Source of the DNA: Candidatus Omnitrophota bacterium
GTDB lineage: Bacteria; Omnitrophota; Gorgyraeia; Tantalellales; Tantalellaceae
Assembly: GCA_043811395.1 (NCBI GenBank)
Contig: JBDRNE010000115.1
Span: 12,212-76,211, forward strand
Reading direction: 5' to 3'
DNA: 64,000 bases
This document shows positions 37,129-47,679 of the stretch, piece after piece. The stretch's first letter is position 1; every line of letters begins with the position of its first letter. The notes under the pieces were generated by a model. The model had not been told where the DNA came from. It saw only the letters and a list, made by a program, of their open reading frames with translations, and searched no databases. A program made the position numbers and the translations under genes.

Positions 37129-38019
37129 ATGAAAGAATTAAAATTCATTGAATACATAAAGAAACGAGCCGGAAAACCCGGAAAAGGTATTATTGCCGGG
37201 ATAGGCGATGATGCGGCTGTCATTGAATATAGGGATAATCAATATCTTTTATGGGCAACGGATATGATTATTGAGGGGACTCATTTTACGCTTAAAAATG
37301 CTTCGTTAGAAAACATTGGGCACAAAGCGGTTGCGGTTAATATCAGCGATATCGCGGCAATGGGCGGTGAGCCTAAGTACATTACGGTAAACATTGGCGT
37401 TCCACGCGGATTTACGGCGAAACAATTAAGCAGGATATATGACGGCATATTTAGCATATGCGGAAATTATGGTATGTCTATTGTAGGTGGAGATACAAAT
37501 GCTTCGGATAAGCTGGTGATAGATGTTTCAATCTTAGGGGTGGCAAGGAAGAACGCATTAATTCGGCGTAACGGAGCAAAAGAGGGAGATCTTATATTGA
37601 TTACAGGCCCGATTCGAGATGGTAAAAAAGAGCATTTAACTTTTGTTCCGCGCGTTAAAGAATCACGATTTCTTTCGCGAAACTTCAAAATCACATCAAT
37701 GATAGATGTATCGGACGGTATTTCTGTGGATTTAAACCGTTTATGTGCTGAGAGTAAGACCGGTGCCATAATATACCAATCTGCTGTTCTTCTTTCAGAG
37801 AATCTTTCATTGGAAGATGCTTTGTATTACGGCGAAAGTTTTGAGTTATTGTTTACAATGTCGCCAAGCGAAGTTAAAAAATTGTTTTTAAGTTCGGAAA
37901 AGCACAAATTTGCTTATTGTGTAATTGGTGAAATAACGGATAAAAAAGAGGGGTGTATTTTAGTGAAGAAAGAAGGGCTTATGGTACGCCTCCAAAAACG
38001 TGGATACCGGCATATGTAA
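37129..38019 (+). CDS. thiL: Thiamine-monophosphate kinase
   Basis: The AIRS/ThiL N-terminus is GIGDDAAVIE...ATDMIIEGTHF. Confidence 0.9.
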   Translation: MKELKFIEYIKKRAGKPGKGIIAGIGDDAAVIEYRDNQYLLWATDMIIEGTHFTLKNASLENIGHKAVAVNISDIAAMGGEPKYITVNIGVPRGFTAKQLSRIYDGIFSICGNYGMSIVGGDTNASDKLVIDVSILGVARKNALIRRNGAKEGDLILITGPIRDGKKEHLTFVPRVKESRFLSRNFKITSMIDVSDGISVDLNRLCAESKTGAIIYQSAVLLSENLSLEDALYYGESFELLFTMSPSEVKKLFLSSEKHKFAYCVIGEITDKKEGCILVKKEGLMVRLQKRGYRHM

Positions 38020-38041
38020 TGATTAGTAAAGAGGCTGTTAA

Positions 38042-38506
38042 ATGGAAAACATAAAAAAGATTACTACCAGTTCTCCTCTCGAAACCATGAATTTGGGAGA
38101 AAAAATAGCGAAACAGTTAAAAAAAGGAGATCTTGTTGCTCTTGTCGGGGAGTTGGGCGCTGGCAAAACTGTTTTTGTTAAAGGATTAGCAAATGGGCTT
38201 GGAGTTAAGGATGCGTCTTACGTTAACAGCCCGTCATTTGTTATTATAAAGGAATATGAGGGGCAAAAAAATTTATACCATTTTGATGTTTACCGAATAG
38301 ATCTAAGAAGTTTTTGTGAAACTTTGGATTATAAACGTTATTTTTACGGATGCGGAATAACTGTAATTGAATGGGCAGACAAAATAAAAGAAGTTTTGCC
38401 GGAACAGTATTTGGAAGTAACTATCAAATACGGTTCGAAACAGAATAGACTCTTAAGTTTTCGAGCGATAGGCGGTAAATTTAAGAAAATTATTGCAAAG
38501 ATATAA
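38042..38506 (+). CDS. tsaE: tRNA t6A37 threonylcarbamoyladenosine biosynthesis protein TsaE
   Basis: The P-loop is GELGAGKT. It is the YjeE family. The RBS is AAAGAGG. Confidence 0.9.
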   Translation: MENIKKITTSSPLETMNLGEKIAKQLKKGDLVALVGELGAGKTVFVKGLANGLGVKDASYVNSPSFVIIKEYEGQKNLYHFDVYRIDLRSFCETLDYKRYFYGCGITVIEWADKIKEVLPEQYLEVTIKYGSKQNRLLSFRAIGGKFKKIIAKI

Positions 38507-38608
38507 GAGCTAAAAGCTTTTAAAACAGCTGTTTTAGATTGGGGGAGGCAAGGATGGCTCTTTTCTGCAGAAAAATTTTTTTTTAACACAAATTGTAAAG
38601 AGAGAAGA

Positions 38609-39295
38609 ATGAAAGTTTTAGCATTTGATACTTCAACAACATTTTTAACAATAGCATGTGTTGAGGATAATAAACTTAAAAAAAAATATCATAAAGACGT
38701 AGGAATACGCCATAGTGAGATTTTAATCGAAAAAATAAAGGATATGTTGGATAGTCTCGGCTGGACTATGCGGGATTTGGACCTAATATGCGTGGGTTCA
38801 GGGCCTGGTTCTTTTACCGGATTACGTGTAGCTATGGCAACGGTTAAGGGTTTTTTGACGTCACTTTCTGCTAAAGCAGTTGTTGTCCCGACAGTGGACG
38901 CGATGGCGGGTAATGTATCAAAAAGGTTTGCATCCAGGAAAAAACATAAATTAATAGCACCTTTTTTAGACGCTCGAAAGAACAAAATATATACGTGTGT
39001 TTATGATTGTTTTAAGCGAGATGTTAAACGTGTTTCAGGTTATATTTTAGCTGAGCCCGAAGATTTTTTAAAAGGGTTAAAACAAAATGTATTTTTTTTC
39101 GGAGATGCCGTGAAGAAATATAAGAAGGAATTAGATTCGTGCCCTTTTGCGGATTATTCGGAAGAAGTAGATTGGTATCCAAAAGCAGTTTATATTGCGC
39201 GAATAGGTATAAAAAAATCTTTAAAAAAAACAGATAATCATAAAACTATAGAACCTTTATATTTGCATGAAAAAGAATGTAGCATAAGCAGATAA
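38609..39295 (+). CDS. tsaB: tRNA t6A37 biosynthesis protein TsaB (YeaZ)
   Basis: The Kae1/YeaZ fold N-terminus is VLAFDTST. Confidence 0.85.
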   Translation: MKVLAFDTSTTFLTIACVEDNKLKKKYHKDVGIRHSEILIEKIKDMLDSLGWTMRDLDLICVGSGPGSFTGLRVAMATVKGFLTSLSAKAVVVPTVDAMAGNVSKRFASRKKHKLIAPFLDARKNKIYTCVYDCFKRDVKRVSGYILAEPEDFLKGLKQNVFFFGDAVKKYKKELDSCPFADYSEEVDWYPKAVYIARIGIKKSLKKTDNHKTIEPLYLHEKECSISR

Positions 39296-39297
39296 AT

Positions 39298-39395
39298 GGG
39301 GTCAGCCCTTGAAATGTGAAACTTAGCATAAATAAATTGTCAAGTTTCACATTTCAAGGGCTGACCCCAAAGCTCAGGGCTGACCCCAAAGCTCC
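39298..39395. repeat. Long palindromic repeat element R2: the second copy of the 27-bp stem hairpin plus tandem partial copies
   Basis: The arms at 39298-39324 and 39342-39368 are identical to those of R1. The loop is the inverse of the R1 loop. The direct repeat GGGCTGACCCCAAAGCTC occurs at 39358-39375 and 39377-39394. Confidence 0.8.
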
Positions 39396-39417
39396 TGGAG
39401 AATTAAGGAAGAAGGAT

Positions 39418-40542
39418 ATGATGACAAGTTACAGGCCGACATGGGCGGAAATAAATTTGAACGCGATTAAACATAATCTAAACTGTATAAGGGGTGTTAT
39501 TAGCGACAAGGTTAGCATTCTCGCGGTGGTTAAAGCCAATGCCTACGGCCATGGCATATGTCCTGTCAGCAAAGTTCTTGTGGAAGAAGGTGTGGATTAT
39601 TTAGGAGTGGCGACGGTCGATGAAGCATTAACTTTAAGAAAAGCAGGTATTTTAGTGCCCATTCTTGTTTTAGGGGCTGTTCTTAAAGAAGAGGCAAAAG
39701 CGGCTGTAAAGCATGATATTACACTTACTTTATGTAGTCGTGCGCTTTTACAAGTTTTTGCGGATATTGCGGACGAAACAAATATGAAGCCGAAAGTACA
39801 TGTTAAAATTGATACAGGAATGGGAAGAATAGGAATATGGCATGAGGAGGCAGTTCATTTCATGCGGGAAGTGTATTTAATGAAAAAAATTGAAATGGAA
39901 GGGATCTATACGCATTTTTCTTCTGCCGCAAGAGATAAAATGGTAACACAACTGCAAATAGAATATTTCGATAAAGTTTTAGAAGATTTAGAGAAAAGGG
40001 AAGGCATTTGTGTGAAATACCGGCATTCTGCTAATAGTATCGCGGTAGTTGATTGGAAATCGTCTCATTTGAATATGGTGCGTCCGGGTATTTTGCTTTA
40101 TGGCGTATACCCGAAAGAAGATTTTCGAAAAGAACTTAAGCTTAATCCGGTTATGAGTCTGAAAACCAAAATAGTGCATTTAAAAGAAGCGCCCCCGGGC
40201 AGAGCGATAAGTTATGGGAGAACCTATATAACACAGAAGTGGACGAAGATTGCTACAATTCCAATAGGGTACGCTGACGGATATGGGCGCATTCTTTCGA
40301 ATAAAGCGGAAGCTTTAATTCGGGGTCAATATGTGAGAATTGTGGGTATGGTTACAATGGATCAGACGCTTTTGGATGTCGGTCATATTGAAAATGTTCA
40401 AGAGGGCGATGAAGTGGTTTTGGTTGGCAGACAAGTTAATTCAGAAGTTAATATTGAAAAAATAGCGAAACTTGCGGGAACCATACCTTACGAGATTTTA
40501 TCCGCAATAACAGATAGAGTTCCGAGGGTTTATACTCGCTAG
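39418..40542 (+). CDS. alr: Alanine racemase
   Basis: The PLP-Lys motif is AVVKANAYGHG. The ATG at 39418 follows AGGAAG. The track start at 39316 would place the N-terminus inside the R2 hairpin repeat. Confidence 0.9.
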   Translation: MMTSYRPTWAEINLNAIKHNLNCIRGVISDKVSILAVVKANAYGHGICPVSKVLVEEGVDYLGVATVDEALTLRKAGILVPILVLGAVLKEEAKAAVKHDITLTLCSRALLQVFADIADETNMKPKVHVKIDTGMGRIGIWHEEAVHFMREVYLMKKIEMEGIYTHFSSAARDKMVTQLQIEYFDKVLEDLEKREGICVKYRHSANSIAVVDWKSSHLNMVRPGILLYGVYPKEDFRKELKLNPVMSLKTKIVHLKEAPPGRAISYGRTYITQKWTKIATIPIGYADGYGRILSNKAEALIRGQYVRIVGMVTMDQTLLDVGHIENVQEGDEVVLVGRQVNSEVNIEKIAKLAGTIPYEILSAITDRVPRVYTR

Positions 40543-40784
40543 TCTTTAAGTGTTTTTATTCGAAAGTGTATTTGTTTTTTAATCGAATATACAAACTGAG
40601 TTTTAGTGTGATCATGTAGTGAATGGGAAGAGCTATACAAACTCCCTTTGAAAAAAAAGGGGGGTAAATTAAAACAAATCTCTCTTAATTTTCCTTTTTT
40701 GAGGTGAGAAATTGAGGGGTGTTCCTTTTTTCTAAATGGATACGTTGTAGGGGAAACTGCTGAATTTGAAAAACTAAAACCTGG

Positions 40785-40812
40785 TTGACAAAGCTTTTCA
40801 ATATGCTATACT
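40785..40812 (+). promoter_or_regulatory. Consensus sigma-70 promoter upstream of ilvB (TTGACA-16-TATACT)
   Basis: TTGACA at 40785-40790 and TATACT at 40807-40812, followed by a ~110-nt leader. Confidence 0.5.
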
Positions 40813-40921
40813 TTTCCTTTATGTAAATTAGATCGTGCTTGCTATATTATAAAGAAAATATTATTATTAATAGTGGATCAAGGGGGCCTAATCGGGCAAA
40901 AGGTCGGAGAAGGGGAATAAA

Positions 40922-42616
40922 ATGAATAAAATTACTGGTGCTGAAATATTGATACAAAGCCTTAAAGCCGAAAAAGTGGAACATATTTTTGGATATCCGG
41001 GGGGTTCAATTATACCTTTGACTGATAAGTTTTACAGTGAAAAGGCTATAAAGTTTCATTTAACCCGACATGAACAAGGAGCGGTACACGCGGCGGATGG
41101 GTACGCGCGGGCGACAGGTAAAGTAGGCGTTTGTATCGCCACGTCAGGTCCCGGAGCGACAAATCTAGTTACCGGGATAGCGACTGCTCATATGGATTCT
41201 ATTCCGATAGTTGCTATTACCGGACAGGTTAATTCCGCGCTCATTGGTAATGACGCTTTTCAGGAAGCTGATATGGTAGGAATTACGCGTCCAATTACAA
41301 AACACAATTATCTTGTAAAAGATGTTAAAGAACTGGCGCAAGTTGTTAAAGAGGCTTTTCATATAGCAAGAACAGGCAGGCCGGGTCCTGTCTTGATAGA
41401 TTTGCCGGTAGATGTACAGCTTCAGACCGCGGAGTTTAAATATCCTAAAACAGTTACATTGAGAGGTTATAACCCTACATATAAAGGTCACATGGGTCAG
41501 ATCAAAAAAATTATTAAGGCCATTAACAAATGTAAAAAACCTGTTATTTACGCGGGAGGCGGGATTATTCTTTCCGGCGCGAGTAAGAATCTTACCGCAT
41601 TCGCGCGAAAAACAAAGATTCCTGTAACAACAACCTTAATGGGGCTTGGTGCTTTTCCCGAAGACGATTCTTTAAGTTTGGGTATGTTGGGGATGCATGG
41701 TACTGCTTACGCGAATAATGCTGTGCAGGAAGCAGATCTTATTATTGCCGTTGGCGCCAGGTTTGACGATAGAGTTACCGGTAGAGTTGATACATTCGCG
41801 CCCAAGGCTATAATCGCGCATATTGATATTGATCCGGCAAGTGTAAGCAAAAATGTACAAGTGGATATTCCCGTTATCGGCGATGCGAAAGAAATTCTTA
41901 ACGAATTGCAGAATTTATCTGGGAAAACTGATTTTACTGAATGGCACAAAAAAATTTCTACTTGGAAAAGAGAAATTCCGCTTAGGTATAAAGATGATAA
42001 TAAATTGAGGCCTCAATTTATTATTGAGGAAATGTATAAATTAACCAAGGGCGAAGATGTTATAATTTGTACAGAAGTAGGTCAGAATCAGATGTGGGCG
42101 GCGCAGTATTATACATATACAAAACCGCGGACATGGATTTCCAGTGGAGGATTGGGAACTATGGGGTATGGGTTTCCGGCGGCGATTGGGGCAAAAATAG
42201 GCCGGCCCGAAGCTACAGTATTTGATATAGCGGGTGATGGCAGTATTCAGATGAACATACAGGAACTTGCGTTAGCGGTAATGGAAAAAATACCGGTCAA
42301 AATAGTTATCCTAAATAATGGATATCTTGGTATGGTACGTCAATGGCAGGAGCTTTTTTATGATAAAAGATACGCTTTTACGAATATTACGCAAGATATT
42401 GGCACAACATGCCCTGATTTTGTGAAATTAGCGGAAAGCTATGGCGCCAAGGGAATCAGGGTAACGAAAAAAGAGGAAGTAAAAAAAGCTCTCAAAGCGG
42501 CTTTAAAAGCAAAAGGAACAGTGCTTTTGGATTGTATAATCGAAAGAGAAGAAAACGTTTTCCCCATGGTTCCGGCGGGCGAATCTATTAGCACAATGTT
42601 GCATGGATTGGCGTAG
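40922..42616 (+). CDS. ilvB: Acetolactate synthase large (catalytic) subunit
   Basis: The ThDP motif GDGS...NN and an FAD-binding middle domain are present. The RBS is GAAGGGG. Confidence 0.95.
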   Translation: MNKITGAEILIQSLKAEKVEHIFGYPGGSIIPLTDKFYSEKAIKFHLTRHEQGAVHAADGYARATGKVGVCIATSGPGATNLVTGIATAHMDSIPIVAITGQVNSALIGNDAFQEADMVGITRPITKHNYLVKDVKELAQVVKEAFHIARTGRPGPVLIDLPVDVQLQTAEFKYPKTVTLRGYNPTYKGHMGQIKKIIKAINKCKKPVIYAGGGIILSGASKNLTAFARKTKIPVTTTLMGLGAFPEDDSLSLGMLGMHGTAYANNAVQEADLIIAVGARFDDRVTGRVDTFAPKAIIAHIDIDPASVSKNVQVDIPVIGDAKEILNELQNLSGKTDFTEWHKKISTWKREIPLRYKDDNKLRPQFIIEEMYKLTKGEDVIICTEVGQNQMWAAQYYTYTKPRTWISSGGLGTMGYGFPAAIGAKIGRPEATVFDIAGDGSIQMNIQELALAVMEKIPVKIVILNNGYLGMVRQWQELFYDKRYAFTNITQDIGTTCPDFVKLAESYGAKGIRVTKKEEVKKALKAALKAKGTVLLDCIIEREENVFPMVPAGESISTMLHGLA

Positions 42617-42652
42617 TAAGTATATGTAACGCAAATTTAAGGAGATAAGGGT

Positions 42653-43144
42653 ATGTCAAAATTTGTTATTGCGGCATTAGTTGAAAATAAGTTTGGTGTT
42701 TTAGCTAGAGTTGCGGGTCTTTTTAGCGCCAGAGGGTTTAATATTGATTCTTTGGCCGTGGGTGAAACCGAAGATCCCGATGTTTCGCGTATGACTATTG
42801 TTGTTGAAGCAGACGAAAAAATTCTCGAACAAGTAAAAAAACAGCTCAACAAACTGATAGAAGTGATTAAAGTACACGATCTTACAGGCGGGGAGTATGT
42901 TGATAGGGAATTAATACTTATCAAAATCAAAGCTGAAAACACCGAAGTGCGGGAGAAAATAGTGCAGGTTGTGGATTCAACCGGAGCGGAAATAATTGAC
43001 ATCGGGAAAAATTTTCTTACAGTGGAAGAATCCGGAGATGAGCATAAAATCAAAACTTTGATTGAGCTTGTACGTCCTTACGGTATTCTTGAAATTGTCA
43101 GGACAGGTAAAATCGCAGTTAAATCAAATAAGGAGGAAGTGTAA
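42653..43144 (+). CDS. ilvN: Acetolactate synthase small (regulatory, ACT-domain) subunit
   Basis: The ACT domain is [24 protein letters not shown]. The RBS is AAGGAG. Confidence 0.9.
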   Translation: MSKFVIAALVENKFGVLARVAGLFSARGFNIDSLAVGETEDPDVSRMTIVVEADEKILEQVKKQLNKLIEVIKVHDLTGGEYVDRELILIKIKAENTEVREKIVQVVDSTGAEIIDIGKNFLTVEESGDEHKIKTLIELVRPYGILEIVRTGKIAVKSNKEEV

Positions 43145-44133
43145 TGGCAAAAATGTATTATGACAATGATGCGGATTTAAGCGTGATAAAAGGTCTTAAA
43201 GTCGCGATAATAGGTTATGGAATACAAGGACGCGGGCAAGCTTTGAATTTACGTGATAGCGGGGTTGAAGTTTTAGTTAGCGAGTTGGAAGGAACACCAA
43301 ACTATGAACAGGCAAAAAAAGACGGGTTTGAAGTGTTTTCAGCAAGTGACGCGGCGAAAAACTCGGATATTATACAAATTTTAACACAGGATCATGTGCA
43401 AGGCGCTGTATATAAAAATGCCATAGAAGCGAATTTGAAAGAGGGAGACGCGCTTGTTTTTTCACATGGGTTTAATATTCACTTTAAACAGATAGTTCCC
43501 CCGAAGAATGTAGACGTTTTTATGGTAGCTCCAAAGGGGCCGGGCGCTTTGGTGCGTGAGATGTATGAACAGGGTAAAGGGGTTCCTTGTCTTATAGCGG
43601 TGTATCAGGATTTTAGCGGAAAAGCCAAAGATAAAGCCCTTGCTTACGCTAAAGCTTTGGGAGGAACACGAGCCGGTGTTATCGAAACCACATTTAAAGA
43701 GGAAACAGAAACTGATCTGTTTGGCGAACAGGCAGTGCTTTGCGGCGGAGCCTCAGAACTTATAAAAGCCGGGTTTGATACTCTTGTGTCTGCTGGTTAT
43801 CAACCGGAAATAGCTTATTTTGAATGTCTTCATGAGCTGAAACTTATTACGGATCTTGTTTATAAATACGGGATTTCCGGAATGCGCAAAAGAGTTTCGG
43901 ATACCGCGGAGTATGGTGATATAACAAGGGGCAAAAGAGTTATTGATCAGCATACACGCGAGGAAATGAAAAAAATCCTTAGTGAAATTCAGTCCGGCAG
44001 TTTCGCGGATGAATGGATAAAGGAAAATGAAAATGGACGTCCGAATTACAATAGAATAACGCAGGAAGAAAAGGGACACCAAATAGAAAAGGTTGGAAGT
44101 GAATTGCGCGGTATGATGCCGTGGATGGAATAG
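43144..44133 (+). CDS. ilvC: Ketol-acid reductoisomerase
   Basis: The Rossmann motif is [15 protein letters not shown]. The RBS is AAGGAGGAAG. It is coupled to the ilvN stop codon. Confidence 0.95.
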   Translation: MAKMYYDNDADLSVIKGLKVAIIGYGIQGRGQALNLRDSGVEVLVSELEGTPNYEQAKKDGFEVFSASDAAKNSDIIQILTQDHVQGAVYKNAIEANLKEGDALVFSHGFNIHFKQIVPPKNVDVFMVAPKGPGALVREMYEQGKGVPCLIAVYQDFSGKAKDKALAYAKALGGTRAGVIETTFKEETETDLFGEQAVLCGGASELIKAGFDTLVSAGYQPEIAYFECLHELKLITDLVYKYGISGMRKRVSDTAEYGDITRGKRVIDQHTREEMKKILSEIQSGSFADEWIKENENGRPNYNRITQEEKGHQIEKVGSELRGMMPWME

Positions 44134-44143
44134 CAAATTATTA

Positions 44144-44179
44144 GGGGTCAGGTTTTGACATTTGTCAAAACCTGACCCC
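44144..44179 (+). terminator. Perfect 17-bp stem hairpin GGGGTCAGGTTTTGACA/TGTCAAAACCTGACCCC after ilvC (terminator or REP-like element)
   Basis: The palindrome begins 10 nt after the ilvC stop. It shares the GGGGTCAG...CTGACCCC termini with R1 and R2. Confidence 0.55.
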
Positions 44180-44227
44180 CTGGCAAATTTGAATTTTGTC
44201 ATTTGTCATTAATTAAAGGGACGTATT

Positions 44228-45754
44228 ATGGAAAAAGACAGACTTATTATTTTTGATACAACTTTAAGAGACGGAGAGCAGACTCCTGGCGCGAGTCTTA
44301 CGGCCAATGAAAAACTTAAAATCGCTTTACAGCTTGAAAAGCTGGGAGTTGATATTATTGAAGCCGGGTTTCCTCGTACAAGCCCTGGAGATCTTTTGGC
44401 CGTAAAAACTGTTAGTAAACATATTAAGGGCGCGGTAATTTGCGCTTTAGCAAGGGCCACAAAAAAAGACATTGATGATGCGTATGAAGCTCTTAAAAAC
44501 GCGCGGCAGGGAAGAGTTCATATTTTTCTTGCAACTTCCGCCATACATCGAAAGTATAAACTGCGTAAAGCAAAAGATGAAATTTTAAAGACTTCAATAG
44601 AAGCTGTAAAATACGCGCGAAAAAAATTTTCCGATATAGAATTTTCTCCGGAAGATGCTTCTCGGACGGAACCGGACTTTTTAGCTCAGGTTGTGGAAGC
44701 TGTAATAAAAGCAGGAGCAAAAACCGTGAATATTCCGGATACTGTGGGGTATTCTGTGCCGGGAGAGTTCGGCGCGGTGATAAAAGGATTGAAAGATTCA
44801 GTGCCGAATATCAATAAGGCCGTAATAAGCGTTCATTGCCACAACGATTTGGGGCTTGGAGTAAGCAATTCTTTGTCAGCCGTTTTAAATGGAGCAAGGC
44901 AAGTGGAGTGTACCATTAACGGGCTGGGAGAGCGGGCCGGAAATGCGGCATTAGAGGAAATAGTTATGGCGCTTAAAATGCGAAAAGACATATTTAGTGG
45001 CATTATGACAAATATACAGACTAAACAGCTGTATAAAACGAGCCGGCTTGTCAGCAGGTTAACCGGGATTACTGTTCAGCCTAATAAGGCCATTATAGGA
45101 GAAAACGCGTTTAGTCACGAGTCGGGGATTCATCAGGACGGTATTTTAAAACGGCGTGATACGTATGAAATTATTCGTCCGCAGGATGTCGGTTTTAAGG
45201 GAAGCAAACTCGTTTTGGGCAAACTTTCAGGCAGACACGCTTTTTCAGAACGTTTGAAAGATTTGGGGTACCAGCTTTCAGGCAAGGAATTGGATCAGGC
45301 ATTTATAAGGTTTAAAGCTTTGGCTGACAAGAAAAGTAAAATATTTGATGAGGATCTTGCGGTAATTGTTGAAGACGAACTTTCAATGGTGAGAGAAGAG
45401 TATAAACTTATTAATTTTCAGGTGACAAGCGGGAATAAAATAAATCCGGTAGCGAATGTAGAGCTAGAGAAAGATAAGGAAAGAATAAGCGCAAGCTCAA
45501 CAGGTGACGGGCCAGTAGACGCGTGTTTTAAAACGATCGATAAAGCCATCGGTCTTAAAGGGAAACTTATTGATTATAAAGTTAGCGCTGTGACAAGCGG
45601 GAAAGACGCCTTAGGGGAAGCAAGCGTTAAAGTCGCGTTTGGGCATGAAAGCGTGATAGGCAGGGCTTCGAGTACGGATGTAATCGAGGCAAGTGTTCGG
45701 GCCTACGTAAATGCCGTTAACCGTTTCAGTTTGAGAAAGAAAAAACTCAGGTAG
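44228..45754 (+). CDS. leuA: 2-isopropylmalate synthase / citramalate synthase family (LeuA-type with C-terminal regulatory domain)
   Basis: The DRE-TIM motif is DTTLRDGEQ, and HxH is VHCHND. A LeuA dimerisation domain is present. Confidence 0.85.
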   Translation: MEKDRLIIFDTTLRDGEQTPGASLTANEKLKIALQLEKLGVDIIEAGFPRTSPGDLLAVKTVSKHIKGAVICALARATKKDIDDAYEALKNARQGRVHIFLATSAIHRKYKLRKAKDEILKTSIEAVKYARKKFSDIEFSPEDASRTEPDFLAQVVEAVIKAGAKTVNIPDTVGYSVPGEFGAVIKGLKDSVPNINKAVISVHCHNDLGLGVSNSLSAVLNGARQVECTINGLGERAGNAALEEIVMALKMRKDIFSGIMTNIQTKQLYKTSRLVSRLTGITVQPNKAIIGENAFSHESGIHQDGILKRRDTYEIIRPQDVGFKGSKLVLGKLSGRHAFSERLKDLGYQLSGKELDQAFIRFKALADKKSKIFDEDLAVIVEDELSMVREEYKLINFQVTSGNKINPVANVELEKDKERISASSTGDGPVDACFKTIDKAIGLKGKLIDYKVSAVTSGKDALGEASVKVAFGHESVIGRASSTDVIEASVRAYVNAVNRFSLRKKKLR

Positions 45755-45918
45755 GGAAGAGGTATGCCCCTTTCGGTATGTTTAATGTATAGGAATTTCA
45801 ATGTTTATGAGATTTTTCGTTGAACGCTCCACTCGTTCCTAAGAATGATGCTAGCTGTCACTCTGTGGGAAAGAGCTTTGCGACTGAGTCGAAGGATCTA
45901 ATTAAACAAAATTTTATT

Positions 45919-46842
45919 ATGACGGAAAATTCAAAAAATAAAAAACTTTATGGTCTTTTAGGCAGAAATATAAACTATTCTTTATCTCCCGCCATGCATA
46001 ATGCCGCGTTCAGGCATTTCAACATTCCCGCTGAATACGCAATTTTTGATAAAGAGCCGAATGAATTAAACGATTTTTTTAAAAACGAAGTTTTAACCGG
46101 TAAAATCGCTGGACTCAATGTTACGGTGCCGTATAAATTAGATGTTAAAAAAATGTTAGAAGAAGATTTTTCTAAAAGCTCGGACGGATTTGAAGCTTTG
46201 GCAAAAATGACAGGAGCTGTTAATACCATAACAATAAATAATGGAAGGGTTAAAGGTTATAATACTGATGCTCCTGGCTTTATTACATCTATAAGTGTAG
46301 ATGCGGGATATGGTTCACGGCAAGGGAATGAGAACGTTTTTGTAGCAGGCGCTGGGGGTGGAAGCCACGCGGTATGTTTTATTTTGGCTTTTCAGTCGAG
46401 AAAACCCAAGAATATTTACGTATATGATCCAGAAAAAGTCAAAACAGATACTTTAAAAACGAACTTTGAAAATGCGCGCAGTAAGTTTTCGGATATTCCT
46501 GATATTTTACGTATTATTTCGCTAGATGAGAGAGAAAATATAGTTAAAGATTGTAATTTGATTGTAAATACTACGCCGCTTGGTACGCATGAGGGTGATC
46601 CAATGCCGATTCCCTCGGAATGGTTAAAGCCAGGCCTGACGGTATATGATCTGGTTTATGCCAGGGAAACTGAACTTGTTAGAGCGGCAAAAGAAAAAGG
46701 GCTTAGAGCGTCCGGCGGGCTTGGTATGTTAGTTGGACAGGCGGCGCAGGCGTTTTATCTTTGGGAAAACAAACCTTTTATAGAAGTTAGAGAAATAATG
46801 AAACAAGCGGCTCTCAAAGAACTCGCGAAACGAAAGGCCTAA
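45919..46842 (+). CDS. aroE: Shikimate 5-dehydrogenase
   Basis: The KLYGLLGRNINYSLSPAMHN substrate-binding motif and GAGGGSHAV NADP-binding motif are present. The ATG at 45919 is used; the track TTG start at 45820 adds an unsupported 33-aa extension. Confidence 0.85.
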   Translation: MTENSKNKKLYGLLGRNINYSLSPAMHNAAFRHFNIPAEYAIFDKEPNELNDFFKNEVLTGKIAGLNVTVPYKLDVKKMLEEDFSKSSDGFEALAKMTGAVNTITINNGRVKGYNTDAPGFITSISVDAGYGSRQGNENVFVAGAGGGSHAVCFILAFQSRKPKNIYVYDPEKVKTDTLKTNFENARSKFSDIPDILRIISLDERENIVKDCNLIVNTTPLGTHEGDPMPIPSEWLKPGLTVYDLVYARETELVRAAKEKGLRASGGLGMLVGQAAQAFYLWENKPFIEVREIMKQAALKELAKRKA

Positions 46843-47610
46843 ATGGAAAAACTTATTATTTTTGTTTTTGGCGCGATTATCGGCAGTTTTTTAAACGTGT
46901 GTATTTATAGGCTACCTTTAGGTAAATCCATTGTCCATCCGCATTCTTTTTGCCCACATTGTGAACGTCCCATTAAATGGTTTGATAATGTTCCTTTGAT
47001 TAGCTTTTTGATTCTTTTTGGCAAATGCCGTTATTGTAAAAATTCTATATCGGCCAGGTATTTTGTTGTTGAATTAGTAACCGCGCTTAGCGGCGTAATT
47101 TTATTATTTTATTTTCCGATTAGCGCGCCTTTTTTTGTATACTGGGTTTTGGTATGCGCGCTTATTACAATAACCTTTATTGATATTGAACATCAGGAAA
47201 TACCGGATGTTATAAGTCTTCCAGGGATTCTTGTCGGGCTTATTTTGATGACGGTTTTTAAGCTTGACGGGTCACCGGTATATATGAAATCTTTTTTGAA
47301 TTCTGCAGTTGGAGTTCTTGCCGGCGGCGGGCTTATGTTTCTTTTGGGCGCTTTTGGTGAACTGATTTTTAAGAAAGAAGCGCTTGGCGGAGGCGATGTG
47401 AAATTAATGGCGATGATAGGCGCTTTTTTAGGATGGAAACTTGTTGTTTTAACTTTCTTTTTGGCACCTGTTATGGGATCTGTTGTAGGTATTTTTCTGA
47501 AAATCCGGTTCAGTAGAGAAATAATCCCTTATGGGCCGTATCTTTCAATCGGGGCGGTTATAAGTTTGCTTTATGGAGATAAAATATTGCATTATTTGTT
47601 TCTAATATGA
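46843..47610 (+). CDS. pilD: Type IV prepilin leader peptidase (A24 family)
   Basis: The Zn-binding module is CPHC...C..C. The multi-TM peptidase domain has the catalytic Asp context (GGGDVKLM). Confidence 0.85.
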   Translation: MEKLIIFVFGAIIGSFLNVCIYRLPLGKSIVHPHSFCPHCERPIKWFDNVPLISFLILFGKCRYCKNSISARYFVVELVTALSGVILLFYFPISAPFFVYWVLVCALITITFIDIEHQEIPDVISLPGILVGLILMTVFKLDGSPVYMKSFLNSAVGVLAGGGLMFLLGAFGELIFKKEALGGGDVKLMAMIGAFLGWKLVVLTFFLAPVMGSVVGIFLKIRFSREIIPYGPYLSIGAVISLLYGDKILHYLFLI

Positions 47611-47679
47611 TTGACAATAAGTTTTTTAGGTAGCGACAAAATTAGCGAAAACAGCCGGACAAAATAGAGGGGGAGTATA

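Noticed and set aside
39316-39417. The N-terminal 34 residues of the alr ORF as given in the six-frame track.
   Set aside because: They are encoded by the R2 hairpin and its direct repeats. The true start is the ATG at 39418 with an RBS.
40789-40920. A possible Ile/Leu/Val-rich leader peptide (...[16 protein letters not shown]...) ending 1 nt before ilvB.
   Set aside because: There is no ATG, GTG or TTG in frame, and the hydrophobic run derives from an AT-rich TTATTATTAATAG tract. It is therefore not credible as an attenuation leader peptide.
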